64,000 nucleotides of DNA. Origin: Sulfolobales archaeon HS-7. Lineage in GTDB: Archaea > Thermoproteota > Thermoprotei_A > Sulfolobales > Sulfolobaceae. Each line of letters opens with the position of its first letter. Position 1 is the stretch's first letter. The stretch is from contig AP024596.1 in assembly GCA_019704295.1 (NCBI GenBank), positions 832,001 through 896,000 of the forward strand. The letters run 5' to 3'. The notes beneath the pieces were generated by a model. It saw only the letters and a list, made by a program, of their open reading frames with translations. It was not told the origin of the DNA and made no database searches. The position numbers and the translations under genes are program-made. Positions 20,708 to 31,824 of the stretch are shown piece after piece.

Positions 20708-20776
20708 TTGACGTTCACGTATGGAATATGCTTACACTTATTAATTAGATTAAAGAAACATGTTTGAGGACATTAA

Positions 20777-21421
20777 ATGGTTGCATCAGCCTATGCTATG
20801 ATATCTGGCCTCTATAAAAATAAAGGGTTCGTGGAAACTATAAAGAGAAGACTTCAAGAGTATAGGAGTACAGCTTCCATAATTAGGGTTGAAAGACCGA
20901 CTCGTTTGGATAGAGCAAGAGCCTTAGGTTATAAAGCGAAACAAGGAATAATAGTGGTAAGGGTGCGTGTAAGGAAAGGCGGACTTAACAAAATCAGGCC
21001 TATTTCGGGAAGGAGACCGAAGAGAATGGGTGTGCAGGGTTATTCGCCCGCTAAAAGTAAGAGACTCATTGCCGAGGAAAGAGCGGCCAGAAAGTATCCA
21101 AATATGGAAGTTATAGGAAGCTACTACATTGCTGAAGATGGACTATATAAGTATTATGAGGTAATATTGGCAGATCCTAACCATCCAAGTGTAAAAAATA
21201 GCAAGGAATTTAAATGGTTACAATATCCTGCTAATAGAAGAAGGGTATTCAGAGGAATTACATCACCTGGTAAGAAAATGAGGGGCTTATACAAGTCAAG
21301 GGGACTAAAAGGCACCTTAAAACATAAGAACAAACGCAAAATAAGGGAGAGAGAGGAAAAGAAAAGGCATGAAGGTTCTAGGTACTACAGGCTTCAGGGG
21401 ACTAAGGCCCCTGGTAAGTGA
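20777..21421 (+). CDS. rpl15e: 50S ribosomal protein L15e
   Basis: [18 protein letters not shown] and [11 protein letters not shown]. Confidence 0.97.
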   Translation: MVASAYAMISGLYKNKGFVETIKRRLQEYRSTASIIRVERPTRLDRARALGYKAKQGIIVVRVRVRKGGLNKIRPISGRRPKRMGVQGYSPAKSKRLIAEERAARKYPNMEVIGSYYIAEDGLYKYYEVILADPNHPSVKNSKEFKWLQYPANRRRVFRGITSPGKKMRGLYKSRGLKGTLKHKNKRKIREREEKKRHEGSRYYRLQGTKAPGK

Positions 21422-21849
21422 CGTTGAAAGTTAGTAAGGTAATACTGTCAGCGTTTATCTATGAGACCGAAGATCCAGAATTAATAGTTGGAAAAATAGA
21501 TAGATTACTGGAAGGATTCAATTCTAATAAGAGTATGAGAAAAGTAGACGGATATTATAGAACGTCTATAGGAATCGTGGAGTACGTATTGGAAAAAAAG
21601 GAAGCTTCGTATTTCTTTAAAAAAATTCTCAAACTACTTGACAAAAATGATCTATATTTACTACTGGCCACTTATAATGAAAAATTAGATAGAAGCAGAT
21701 TACATTTACGGTTTGACAAGCAAAAGTTTATAGCACTGGATAAGTTATCCCTTACCGACAAAGGAGACGTAATTAAGGTAATTGTATCATTAAATATATA
21801 TAAGAACGATTCATTAATTGAGGAATTAAAGCAAAATGTTTTTAATTGA
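21418..21849 (+). CDS. DUF54-type RNA-binding protein
   Basis: YETEDPE and LHLRFDKQ motifs; usual neighbour of rpl15e. Confidence 0.8.
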   Translation: MTLKVSKVILSAFIYETEDPELIVGKIDRLLEGFNSNKSMRKVDGYYRTSIGIVEYVLEKKEASYFFKKILKLLDKNDLYLLLATYNEKLDRSRLHLRFDKQKFIALDKLSLTDKGDVIKVIVSLNIYKNDSLIEELKQNVFN

Positions 21850-22369
21850 ACCGTGTATCGCTGATCCATCATTACTTGACGCTATTAAGAAAGTTGGATA
21901 TACGTTTGCCATAACGGAAAAAAGGGACAGGATAACGATATTAGCTGATTCGAGGTACGATGTTAAAAGAGCAGTGAACAAATATAAGAATAAAATTCTG
22001 TTCGTTAGACCTCTGTCAGATGAGGGGTTTAGATCTGCGGTAAAGGAAGAGAGTGTAAGAGGTTTATCTTTTGATAATAAAAACGTCTCCCTTATCAACA
22101 AGAAAATATTCAGAACGTTAAAGAAAAGTCGGAAGCTTGTAGAAGTCAATGTAAACAAGATTTCTTTTTTCCATTTGTCTTTACTTATTTCAGCATCTTC
22201 CTCAGCAAACAGGCTTTTACTTTCCTCATGTGCTGAGAATAAATCTGAGCTGTGGTCGCCTCTAAGTAAGGTAAGCCTTCTCAAGTTCATCGGTCTTTCC
22301 GCTGAGGATAGCATTTGGTCTGTATATCACCTTCCACGACTGTTATTAAAGGGGGATATTAGAACGTAA
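21836..22369 (+). CDS. RNase P protein Rpp30-like
   Basis: Position after rpl15e and DUF54; LLSSCAENKSELWSP resembles the Rpp30 C-terminal motif. Confidence 0.65.
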   Translation: MFLIEPCIADPSLLDAIKKVGYTFAITEKRDRITILADSRYDVKRAVNKYKNKILFVRPLSDEGFRSAVKEESVRGLSFDNKNVSLINKKIFRTLKKSRKLVEVNVNKISFFHLSLLISASSSANRLLLSSCAENKSELWSPLSKVSLLKFIGLSAEDSIWSVYHLPRLLLKGDIRT

Positions 22370-23061
22370 TGAAAAGGTTATGCGCATTAGCATCTGGCGG
22401 AAAGGACAGTAATTATGCTATTCATTGGGCGATGACTAAAGGTTTCGATGTAATTCTATTAATAACATTCATACCTGCTAGAGGCGATTCATGGATGTTT
22501 CAAAAAGTTGGCACAGAGCTAGTAAGTGTACAGGCTGAAGCATTAGGCATTTCGATTAGGTTTTTTCATTCTTCGGGGAAAAAAGAGAATGAATATAACG
22601 AACTAGTAAACGCTTTTAATTATTGTAAAAAAATTGGGGGAGAAGGTGTTCTAACAGGAGCTCTCAGATCGGATTACCAGAGAATCAACATAGCGTTAGC
22701 CGCGTATGAAGTAGGATTAAGGACATTTAACCCGTTGTGGAGAAAGGACGAATTTTCATATGTGAAAGAGCTAGTTGCTTTTGGTTTCAAATTTGTTGTG
22801 ATTTCATATTCTGCACTAGGTTTTCCCTCTTCTCTTCTAGGCAAGGAGGTTGATAAAGAGGAAATATTAGAACTTTTGAGTGCCGCAAAAAAATACAACT
22901 TCAGTCCTGCTTTTGAAGGAGGAGAAGCTGAGACTTTCGTTACTAGTGCCCCCTTCTACAGTTTTAGTATCAGTATTACCGGTAAACCGTACATAATAGA
23001 CGAGTTCTCCGGAATATATTTAATAGATCAAGTTAAGAAAATTCCTAAAAGAGTTCAGTAG
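22369..23061 (+). CDS. dph6: Diphthine--ammonia ligase (PP-loop)
   Basis: SGGKDS, SWMFQ, GALRSDYQ, PLW and EGGEAETFV. Confidence 0.88.
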   Translation: MKRLCALASGGKDSNYAIHWAMTKGFDVILLITFIPARGDSWMFQKVGTELVSVQAEALGISIRFFHSSGKKENEYNELVNAFNYCKKIGGEGVLTGALRSDYQRINIALAAYEVGLRTFNPLWRKDEFSYVKELVAFGFKFVVISYSALGFPSSLLGKEVDKEEILELLSAAKKYNFSPAFEGGEAETFVTSAPFYSFSISITGKPYIIDEFSGIYLIDQVKKIPKRVQ

Positions 23062-23080
23062 GTTATTGAATATTACCCGT

Positions 23081-23791
23081 TTATCCAAGTCCTACAGTAC
23101 CTTTGTCATATATTTCCTCATATATTATCTTATATTCTGGATAAATATATTTAATAATTTCTCGGGCAAGAATTTTCTTAACGTCAGATAATCTTTCCCA
23201 TTGATATACATCGCTAGGTAATATTAGTATAATGTTTTTTGCCTCATCGTCGATTTTAAGCTCAGCATCTTTGTTTTTACCAAGATGATGTTTTACTAAT
23301 GCTTTAATCTTGGAGGATGGTTCTTCTAGTTTTGACACTACCTTGAGCTTAGCTAGAATTACTTTCCCAGCATAAGGATGGTTAAGATCCACTACTACTC
23401 TATTTCCCGAAACGCTTCTCACAATCGCGATATTTCCGTCATCTAGGAGAACGGGTTTGTTAACCCTGATCTGATGAGGATCAGTAATTTTATATATTGA
23501 AATTGTTTTAACTTTCGTTGGATCTCTATTTCCGTACGCTTTCTCTGGGGGTATCTCTATTTCTTTCTCTGTTCCTATATCCATTTGTAACAAGGCCTCC
23601 TCTATTCCATCGATAAATCTATGTTCCCCGATTATGGCTAAAATAGGGCCGTATTCTCTCGTTTCACTATATATGTTTTTCTCTTTTGCCAGCTTCTCGT
23701 CTGTTGTATCAATTACTTCTCCAGTATCTTTAACGGATAGTACATATTCGAGATATACAAAGTCATTATCGTTTAACATTTCATCTTCCAC
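23081..23791 (-). CDS. Long-type FKBP peptidyl-prolyl isomerase
   Basis: GEVIDTT, IPPEKAYG and VDLNHPYAGK. Confidence 0.92.
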   Translation of the reverse strand: MEDEMLNDNDFVYLEYVLSVKDTGEVIDTTDEKLAKEKNIYSETREYGPILAIIGEHRFIDGIEEALLQMDIGTEKEIEIPPEKAYGNRDPTKVKTISIYKITDPHQIRVNKPVLLDDGNIAIVRSVSGNRVVVDLNHPYAGKVILAKLKVVSKLEEPSSKIKALVKHHLGKNKDAELKIDDEAKNIILILPSDVYQWERLSDVKKILAREIIKYIYPEYKIIYEEIYDKGTVGLG

Positions 23792-23867
23792 TATCGTTTT
23801 ATGGTTAAGTTATAAAAACTAATCTGATCCTAAAACTGCTATCATTACTATCTGGCTAAATATGCTA

Positions 23868-24145
23868 ATGAACTAGCTCGCTCTTGGAGACATTGAGATC
23901 TCCCGCTTTGAAATTTCCTACTTATCGGAAAGACTCCTATCTCAATAACTGAGGTTTCGCCGAGGTGTTCTGTAACGTTCAATACGGGGAGAGATTACCG
24001 AGGGTTTCTACAGACCCAAGTTACCAAAGTATTATAGGTTCGAAGTTCTTCTATCGACACCTAAGATAAATTGCAGTTTTTCTGTACTATGAAGAGCTCT
24101 TATAATGGTCTATCTCCATGAGTTTCCCCTTTAACTCCCCGTTAA
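23868..24145 (-). mobile_element. Decayed IS200/IS605-type non-autonomous element
   Basis: Minus strand ends GGGAGATCTCAATGTCTCCAAGAGCGAGCTAGTTCAT, right-end-like; GC-richer than its flanks; no ORF. Confidence 0.5.
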
Positions 24146-24282
24146 GTTAAACCACCTTGAAATTTCATATGAAGCACAATGTGTTCCTATAATTGGTGGC
24201 TAAGAAAACTCAAGTAGATTACGCTATTAAAAAGTAAGGAAAAGCATCGATAATATGAATACTGGACAAGAATAATTATACT

Positions 24283-27200
24283 CTATCCAGAATATTCCGC
24301 TAACCAGTATTCTTTTAATTCATTATAACTAAATATTTCTACGTTAAATAATGCGTAACTAATTTCAAATCCTAACTTAGCGTTAAGAATTAAAGGAATA
24401 TTAAAGTCAACACTACTTCTCCTAATTTCGTAATCCTTGTTAATCGCATAACCGTCTGTAACAACAAGACCTATTTTCCTCGAACTTAAATAAAATAATA
24501 GTCTCTTATGGTCTAGTTCATTATAATTTGGTAATGGCATTTTATCGTAAGTAATAACTGTAAACCCTTTCTCCGTAAAGTTGGAGGCTACCTTTATCAA
24601 TATGTCTCTATTTGAATCACCATATATTAGAATCAGTTTATCGTGTGAAGGAATATTGTTAGGTGAGGCAGATAACCAACTTTTTATTAACGCCTCTTGA
24701 TAAGTATAGCCTAACGAAGCTACTTCTCCCGTACTGCGCATTTCTGGTCCTAAATAGGGATAAGCCCCCTTTAATTGGGCCCAAGAGAATTGTGGACTTT
24801 TGACTGCCCACGAGACAGAATTTAATAATACTTGTGAGCTTGAATGAAAACCTTCAAAAATTCCTCGAACGCCTAAATCTACTACGTTAGTCCCGACCGC
24901 CTTACTAGAAAAGGGCATACTTCTACTAGTTCTAAGATTTAACTCTAATACATGGGGCTTCTCCTTGATTAGGTATTGGATATTAAAAGGCCCTCTTATA
25001 TTAAGCTCTCTTACTAACAATTCTGCCTGACTTAACATGGTGCTTAGTGTATTTTCTTTTAGTGTAATTGGAGGAGTAACTATTGTAGCGTCACCACTGT
25101 GAATACCTGCCTCTTCTATGTGTTCTATAGGTATACAGATTGCGGTATTTCCATCTCCCGCACAATCAAGTTCCGCCTCAGTTGCCCCTTTAAAAAACTT
25201 TGAAATAACTGCTGGATATTTAGTGGAGATTACTCTAGATCTAGAAAGATATTTGTTAAGGTCTGCGTAATTTTCAATGATAACCATGTTTGAACCACTT
25301 AGCACATAGCTAGGTCTTATGATTACGGGGAATCCATATTTCTCAATGAAAGACTTTATCTCCTGTGATGTCGTAACTGAAGTCCACTCTGGCTGCGGTA
25401 TCCCTAGTTTATTTAGAAGTTCTGAAAATTTTGCTCTGTTTTCCGCCTTGTCTATACAACTACCAGCAGTTCCTAAAAGTGATATGTTATTACTCTCTAA
25501 CTCCTTTGCTAAATTATTTCCTATTTGACCCGCTGAAAATATTGCCACAGATTTGTATTTCTCTTTCTTTAATACGCTCATTATTACGGAGGAGGAAATT
25601 TCATCGAAGTAAAGTTTTTTTGCGATATCCCAATCAGTAGAGACAGTTTCTGGATTATAATTTAAAACTGTAACATTTTTTATATACCGGCTTAAAGCGG
25701 ATAGCGCGGATATAAGCCCCCAATCGAACTCTACAGACACCCCAATCCTAAATCCACCTGCACCAACTAATAGAACGCCGTTATTGTCAAAGGTGATATC
25801 GTTTTCACTTCCATTATAGGTTAAGTATAGGTAGTTGGTTTGCGCAGGCCACTCGCCTGCGACTGTATCAATCTGTTTTACAACAGGTTCGTGATTTTCT
25901 GTTAATTCTTGAATCTTCTGCCTGTTTAATCCTGTTATTTCTTCTAATTGTTCTTGCGAAAAGCCCAATTTTAAAGCGTTAATTAACATATCCTTTTCAG
26001 GATTAGCATTTAGCTGTTTCGCGAAAGCTACAAGTCCTCTTATTTTATCTAAAAAGAACTTATCTATACCTGTTACTTGGTACACTTCCTCAGTATCTGC
26101 ATCATAATAAAAAGCGGCAGACGCACTTAAGAACCAGTATGGACGCTTTTCGCTGAGGTATTTTATAGCTTTTTCCTTATTCATTGATTTTATAAAGTTT
26201 AAATCAAAAACACCCTTTACCCCGATATCAAGCATCCTTGTAGCTTTTTGTAATGCCTCCTCGAAGTTTCTCCCTATTGCCATAACCTCGCCTACGCTTT
26301 TCATTTCCGTCCCTAAACTTGTCTCTACCTTATCGAATTTATCTAAATCCCATCTCGGAGACTTAATTACAATGTAATCTAAACTAGGTTCGAAACAAGC
26401 ACATGTGGAGCCTGATACGGAGTTCCTTATTTCGTACAATTTATAGCCAAGCGCTATTTTCGCAGATACATAAGCTAATGGATAACCTGTTGCTTTACTA
26501 GCCAGAGCGCTTGAACGTGACATTCTTGGATTAGTTTCAATAACGTAAAAATTAGAGCCTTCTGGAGAGAGGGCAAACTGGACGTTACACTCTCCCTGAA
26601 GTTCTATAGACTCTGCGACCTTAATGGCTACATCCCTCATCTTTTGATATTCGGTATTATCGAGGGTTTGACATGGAGTAACAACAACTGATTCGCCTGT
26701 ATGAGTTCCCATCGGATCTAAATTCTCTATGCACGCTACAACCGAACTATTACCATCGGAATCCCTAATTACCTCATATTCTAATTCCTTCCAATGATGG
26801 AGGTACTTCTCCAGCAACACTTCATTGATATAGCTTTGTGATAATGCACGAGGAATTTCTTTCCTTAATTGATTCTCATTCCATATTACTGAAGAACCTC
26901 TACCCCCTAAATTAAATGAAACTCTTATCATTAGGGGATATCCTAACATCTCAGCCTTTTCTATTGCCTCATTATAATCTCTTGCAGAGTAGCTAGGCGG
27001 TACTGGTAACTTCCTCTCTATCATAGTTTCCCTAAACCTCTCTCTGCTAAGTGCCCTCTCGATTCCTGAAATGGGTGTTCCTAGAACTTTTACGGAATAG
27101 TTATTAAGTACGCCTTTCTTATATAGATCTATTCCTATATTTAGCGCCGATTGACCCCCAAAGCCTATCATGATTCCATCAGGTCTCTCCTTTTCAATAA

Positions 27201-27411
27201 TCCTTGACACAAACTCAACATTTAGGGGTAACATATAGACCTTGTCGGCAAAAGTGTAACTCGTCTGTACAGTAGCTACGTTAGGATTAAATAATACTGT
27301 CTGTATACCTTCCTCCTTTATCGCCTTTAGAGCCTGAGTCGCACTATAATCAAATTCTGCCGCCTCTGCAATCTTTATAGCTCCAGATCCTATTACTAGG
27401 ATTTTCTTCAT
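24283..27411 (-). CDS. carB: Carbamoyl-phosphate synthase large subunit
   Basis: [42 protein letters not shown] and a duplicated ATP-grasp. Confidence 0.97.
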   Translation of the reverse strand: MKKILVIGSGAIKIAEAAEFDYSATQALKAIKEEGIQTVLFNPNVATVQTSYTFADKVYMLPLNVEFVSRIIEKERPDGIMIGFGGQSALNIGIDLYKKGVLNNYSVKVLGTPISGIERALSRERFRETMIERKLPVPPSYSARDYNEAIEKAEMLGYPLMIRVSFNLGGRGSSVIWNENQLRKEIPRALSQSYINEVLLEKYLHHWKELEYEVIRDSDGNSSVVACIENLDPMGTHTGESVVVTPCQTLDNTEYQKMRDVAIKVAESIELQGECNVQFALSPEGSNFYVIETNPRMSRSSALASKATGYPLAYVSAKIALGYKLYEIRNSVSGSTCACFEPSLDYIVIKSPRWDLDKFDKVETSLGTEMKSVGEVMAIGRNFEEALQKATRMLDIGVKGVFDLNFIKSMNKEKAIKYLSEKRPYWFLSASAAFYYDADTEEVYQVTGIDKFFLDKIRGLVAFAKQLNANPEKDMLINALKLGFSQEQLEEITGLNRQKIQELTENHEPVVKQIDTVAGEWPAQTNYLYLTYNGSENDITFDNNGVLLVGAGGFRIGVSVEFDWGLISALSALSRYIKNVTVLNYNPETVSTDWDIAKKLYFDEISSSVIMSVLKKEKYKSVAIFSAGQIGNNLAKELESNNISLLGTAGSCIDKAENRAKFSELLNKLGIPQPEWTSVTTSQEIKSFIEKYGFPVIIRPSYVLSGSNMVIIENYADLNKYLSRSRVISTKYPAVISKFFKGATEAELDCAGDGNTAICIPIEHIEEAGIHSGDATIVTPPITLKENTLSTMLSQAELLVRELNIRGPFNIQYLIKEKPHVLELNLRTSRSMPFSSKAVGTNVVDLGVRGIFEGFHSSSQVLLNSVSWAVKSPQFSWAQLKGAYPYLGPEMRSTGEVASLGYTYQEALIKSWLSASPNNIPSHDKLILIYGDSNRDILIKVASNFTEKGFTVITYDKMPLPNYNELDHKRLLFYLSSRKIGLVVTDGYAINKDYEIRRSSVDFNIPLILNAKLGFEISYALFNVEIFSYNELKEYWLAEYSG

Positions 27412-28484
27412 GTTCTCAAATACCTCATTGTAAAATAGTCAAATATCCAGTTGGTATCGTTGGGACCAGGTCTAGCCTCCGGATGAAATTGCACCGAAAT
27501 GATTGGAAAGTTATCGTACAGAACTCCCTCAATCGTCATATCATCAGGGTCTACAAACCACAGTTTAGCTTCTGGAGGAATTTTGGTAACAGCGTAACCA
27601 TGATTATGAGTGGAAATATAACATTTTTTCGAGTTAACGTCGTATAACGGTTTATTTATTCCTCTATGTCCGTACCTCATTTTTTCGACTTTTCCTCCTA
27701 ATGCAAGCGCTATTAACTGATGTCCCAAACAGATACCTAACGTTTGATATTTGTATTCTAGCAACTCTCTAACGTCTTCTATTTTATCTTTAAGAAAATT
27801 TGGATTCCCTGGTCCATTAGATATTACCACTGCATCAGGATTGAAATCTGAAACCGTCGAAGGAGATACATTACACGGAAGTCTCACTATGTTGAAACCT
27901 CTCTTATAGAGTTGATGCAAAATACCGTGTTTCACTCCACAGTCAATAATTACAATCGTCCTATTCATATTGCCGTAATAAAATAGTGGAACTTTAGGAG
28001 ATACGTAACTCGTGAAATCTATTTCGTCATATCTTTCCGTAATTTCTGGTTTCAAGTCGCTTGAAAATATAGTAGCCATCATTGTGCCGTATTCCCTTAT
28101 CTTTTTCACTAACATGCGCGTATCTATTCCTTGAATACCAGGAATGTCATTTTCAATAAGCCATTCATTAAGAGTTAGTGAATAGCCCCTCTTTTTTCCT
28201 TCTGTAAGTTCACTAACTACTAAACCATTTACCTGCACGTGCTCTGATTCGAAATTAGTTAGTATTCCGTTGTCTTCTCTCTTGCTCGGTACTCCATAAT
28301 TTCCAACTAGTGGGTGGGTAATAACAAGTATTTGCCCTCTATAGGAAGGATCTGTGAGACTTTCAGGGTAGCCATTCATAGCGGTTGAAAAAACTATCTC
28401 TCCTTCGCTTTTTTTCATACTGCCGAAGAGCTTTCCCTTATATAGAGAGCCATCTTCTAGATATAGAAAACCGTCATTTCCCAT
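27408..28484 (-). CDS. carA: Carbamoyl-phosphate synthase small subunit
   Basis: [23 protein letters not shown] and QFHPE. Confidence 0.97.
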   Translation of the reverse strand: MGNDGFLYLEDGSLYKGKLFGSMKKSEGEIVFSTAMNGYPESLTDPSYRGQILVITHPLVGNYGVPSKREDNGILTNFESEHVQVNGLVVSELTEGKKRGYSLTLNEWLIENDIPGIQGIDTRMLVKKIREYGTMMATIFSSDLKPEITERYDEIDFTSYVSPKVPLFYYGNMNRTIVIIDCGVKHGILHQLYKRGFNIVRLPCNVSPSTVSDFNPDAVVISNGPGNPNFLKDKIEDVRELLEYKYQTLGICLGHQLIALALGGKVEKMRYGHRGINKPLYDVNSKKCYISTHNHGYAVTKIPPEAKLWFVDPDDMTIEGVLYDNFPIISVQFHPEARPGPNDTNWIFDYFTMRYLRT

Positions 28485-28670
28485 GAAAATACCCCTGAAC
28501 GGAATTGTATTCATTTTTACTCTTTTCCTTTAATTTCAATATCGTATAAGGAAAAAGGTGCAGAGCCCACTCTTTTCTTTGATAAATCTTTATAAAAAGT
28601 TTTCTGGAATTGGTTGCCTCGTACTATTAATGGATATTTGTAAAAAAATCACACTGAAAATCTTTTATTT

Positions 28671-28862
28671 GTGCTAAGGATCTATGAGAGTGCTATGCAA
28701 GAGGGAAAAAAAATAGTCGTCAGTGTTAGATTAAAGGAAGAACTTGTCTCTAAAATAGATCAGATAGCACGAGAGAATAACGTTCCTAGGAGTGAAGTCA
28801 TCATGAAGGCTTTAGTTTGGTACATGGAAAAGCGTGGCTACACAAGAAATAATCACTTATAA
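28671..28862 (+). CDS. Ribbon-helix-helix (CopG-like) DNA-binding protein
   Basis: VVSVRLKEELVSKIDQIA...RSEVIMKAL; divergent from carA. Confidence 0.85.
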   Translation: MLRIYESAMQEGKKIVVSVRLKEELVSKIDQIARENNVPRSEVIMKALVWYMEKRGYTRNNHL

Positions 28863-29663
28863 CCTTCTTCTTTTTTCCAACAAATTAATGGTAGGAGGAA
28901 GATCGTAATAAAAAATCTCGTTATTGTAGAAGTCTCGAAGAAGTACTCTAGAAGCCTCATCTATATTCAACTCCTTATCCTTGGAGTATATTAGATGTCT
29001 TTTCTTTGCAATTCCCTCTATTAACTCTAGCTCTGTACTAAATACTACATTATATTTTCTCTGCAGCCTATGTTTAAATCCTAGTCCCGTAATTCTTCTA
29101 ATTAATTCGACTGCAACCTTTACAGGATTTTCTAATTTTTCAGGGGGAGTACCACGTATAATCCTTTCTAAAGGACTTCCGTCGGGAGGGATAACACCAG
29201 GCGAATCCCAAATATATAGACCACCGCTTATTTTGAATAATTGAATTTGTAATGTAGAACCAGTTCCGCGAGGTATAGGCGACACTTTTGTAGACTTGTA
29301 ACCTTTAAGGGAGTTAATTATTGACGACTTTCCTGTTTTTGGATAACCTACAAGAATACATTTTATTTTCTCCTTACTTTGGAGAGACTTTATTCCTCTT
29401 TTTAGTATCTTCGTGTTCTCATTTTTCTTAATGCTATAAGGTATTGTAATAAGTCCTTGATTTTCGTAAATTTGAATCCACTTTTTTATTACTGTAGGTG
29501 GAACTAAATCCGATTTATTCATAACTAACACTAGTTTCTTGTTATATCTTAATGCGATTTCTTCTAACTTTATAGATCGTGTTAACTCAGGTTCTCTACC
29601 ATCTAAGACTTCTAGAATAACGTCAGATTTACGAATATACTTAATTAGTTCTGTAGGAAACAT
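28857..29663 (-). CDS. Circularly permuted GTPase (RbgA/YlqF/Lsg1 family)
   Basis: NKSD precedes GYPKTGKSS and DSPG. Confidence 0.9.
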   Translation of the reverse strand: MFPTELIKYIRKSDVILEVLDGREPELTRSIKLEEIALRYNKKLVLVMNKSDLVPPTVIKKWIQIYENQGLITIPYSIKKNENTKILKRGIKSLQSKEKIKCILVGYPKTGKSSIINSLKGYKSTKVSPIPRGTGSTLQIQLFKISGGLYIWDSPGVIPPDGSPLERIIRGTPPEKLENPVKVAVELIRRITGLGFKHRLQRKYNVVFSTELELIEGIAKKRHLIYSKDKELNIDEASRVLLRDFYNNEIFYYDLPPTINLLEKRRRL

Positions 29664-29758
29664 TTTATACGCCGTTATAGTGGTGTTGAGTCTTTTATTT
29701 CGAATTTAAAAGAATAAGGCTATATGTTTCTCTAGACTTTAAAGGTAAATTAACCGAG

Positions 29759-29921
29759 AGGACCGTTAATGCGTTCATTGCGAATTCGATTTATTTAGAA
29801 ATATAGAATGAATTTGATTGAATATTATCGTGTTGATTGGTAAGGATTCACACTTAATAATTCCCTTTATTTAATACCTATTTGCAATAATTATAATTGA
29901 CAATGGATACCTGAATCGGCT
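29759..29921 (+). mobile_element. Decayed ~160-bp MITE
   Basis: Collinear similarity over its whole length to the TIR-bounded element at 52658-52818. Confidence 0.75.
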
Positions 29922-30179
29922 AACCAGGATCAGAAAGAGCATATTATACGCAAAATTTGTTTATTTTCAAAAAATTCAGCATTGCCATTAGTTTGTCGGC
30001 TATTAACTCCTCTAAGTTAATATTTGGAGGACACTATTTAATTTATAGAACTTTCCAGAAATTTTACTTAACTAACGTTAATAGTCTCTGACTGTCCTTG
30101 TTATTGAAAATTTCAATCACTCACTACGAAATACAAGGAAATCCTAAAAAACTTAAAAGAACATACACTTTTTAGTAAC

Positions 30180-30413
30180 TAATAATATCCGACGGTTATG
30201 ACGCTTAGCAAACGTCAAACTTATTATGTTAAGAACACTCGTTGCTGCCCTTGATTCTCGAAAATTGAGCAATTACTTACCATCATGCTCAGTAAACTAA
30301 TCTTATACTACTACTTCACATAATTAGACGATTTTTCAATTCTAAATAGATATGTTTTATCGCTTTTTACTTTATCTAATTATTCATATTAATTATACAT
30401 TAGAGATTGTCAG
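30180..30413 (+). mobile_element. Decayed right end of the ISC1217-like IS/MITE
   Basis: Shares CCTTGATTCTCGAAA and CTTTTTACTTTAT and the terminal ...acattagagattgtca with 18000-18238. Confidence 0.7.
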
Positions 30414-30439
30414 TATCTAAAGAGATGCACGGAATATAG

Positions 30440-30710
30440 GTTTGAGAAGTAGGGTAAGAGGCTCGTTCTGGTGAAATATGCATTTACTTCTATACCCTGC
30501 GATAGTTATGGGAACTTCGGGTAAGACTTAACACAAGTTAATCGCATCTTAAGATGTTCTTACCTGTGTAGGATAACAGATCGTTATTAGTATATCTCTC
30601 TCAGTATCCCAAGGAGATTAAGGTTGGAACTATCCGTAGAGTGTGAGGAGTCCTTGTCCTAACGAGGTAGGAGATCTGGAAGTCCTATCCATAGCAGGCA
30701 GGCACTTAAC
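30440..30710 (+). mobile_element. Decayed IS200/IS605-type non-autonomous element
   Basis: Ends GGAAGTCCTATCCATAGCAGGCAGGCACTTAAC, similar to the 11728-11759 end. Confidence 0.5.
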
Positions 30711-30730
30711 AATGCTGATTCAGGATATAT

Positions 30731-31699
30731 TTAAATTTTTATATCCTTAATTTTATGAAAATTAGCTTTTTTCCCAACTATTCTAACAGTAATTTCTCGC
30801 ATGCCGTTTTTTTTAATTTCTATGTGCACTTCATCACCCACCTTAAGCTGTTCATATTTTCTAAAGCTTTTAGAGACTCCGTTCTCCAGTGTTGTAACTA
30901 TTACATTATCAAGCTTTACGTTTCCTGTATTTTTTATTATAAGTTTCATGGCATTATCTTCATTAATTTTAAGTACATCAAAGTTAATATTTGGAACAAT
31001 TATTTTCTCATTACATACTACGAAAAGGAATCCAGGTTCGTGATATTTTCCTGTAGATTCATAACTTAATTCATTATTTCCTCTCGTAGTAATATCTAAT
31101 TCTTCTAAACCGTTTACATTACTAGACCATATTACCTCTCCATTATTGCGAAGTTTTATTATTCCCTTAGCGGCAACTACAGCATAAACTCTTCCCTTAG
31201 AGGTAAAATTAAGGCCTTTATTATTATCTAGTAACGTCGTACCTGCGGATATTTCATATTCCGTTGTAAACCCCTCTGTAAGGTATGTTGAAAAAACTAG
31301 GGCGTATAATATCTTAATCTCGTCGGAATAGGATACAGTCATAACATTTTTAGTTGTTATAATAGGTGAAATATCATATATTGCAGTAAAATATAATTTT
31401 TTATTATGATTTACAAGTATATTAGGTTTAAATTCTTTTGTTATGGAGAAATCGTTTATCCATATTCGCCAAGTCTTTGGCTGTTTTGTTCTTCCCTCTA
31501 TTCCTATTACGGCAAACGCCTTCCTCGGAATATTTTCAAAATTTACTATATAAGAACTGTCGTTTATGCCCTTATTTATAGAATTTTTTATTGGTTTTTC
31601 AAGCAGAAGTTTTTCTGTAACTCCCTCAAAAAACTCTTCCTTATCAAAAGTCATCATATCACTAATTATCATTTCATACAGAGAAGGTCTTTCCTCCAA
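30731..31699 (-). CDS. Hypothetical protein
   Basis: 322-aa ORF with genome-typical composition; no motif recognised. Confidence 0.7.
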   Translation of the reverse strand: MEERPSLYEMIISDMMTFDKEEFFEGVTEKLLLEKPIKNSINKGINDSSYIVNFENIPRKAFAVIGIEGRTKQPKTWRIWINDFSITKEFKPNILVNHNKKLYFTAIYDISPIITTKNVMTVSYSDEIKILYALVFSTYLTEGFTTEYEISAGTTLLDNNKGLNFTSKGRVYAVVAAKGIIKLRNNGEVIWSSNVNGLEELDITTRGNNELSYESTGKYHEPGFLFVVCNEKIIVPNINFDVLKINEDNAMKLIIKNTGNVKLDNVIVTTLENGVSKSFRKYEQLKVGDEVHIEIKKNGMREITVRIVGKKANFHKIKDIKI

Positions 31700-31824
31700 A
31701 TATGTTTATTCATAACTAGCTTTTCAATAATAACGTTAGAAGCACTCTACTACAGTGGAGAAGGCAGGAGTTTGATAGGACAGGATAGTTAACAAAGAGG
31801 GGAAGGTTATGCTATATTAATTTC

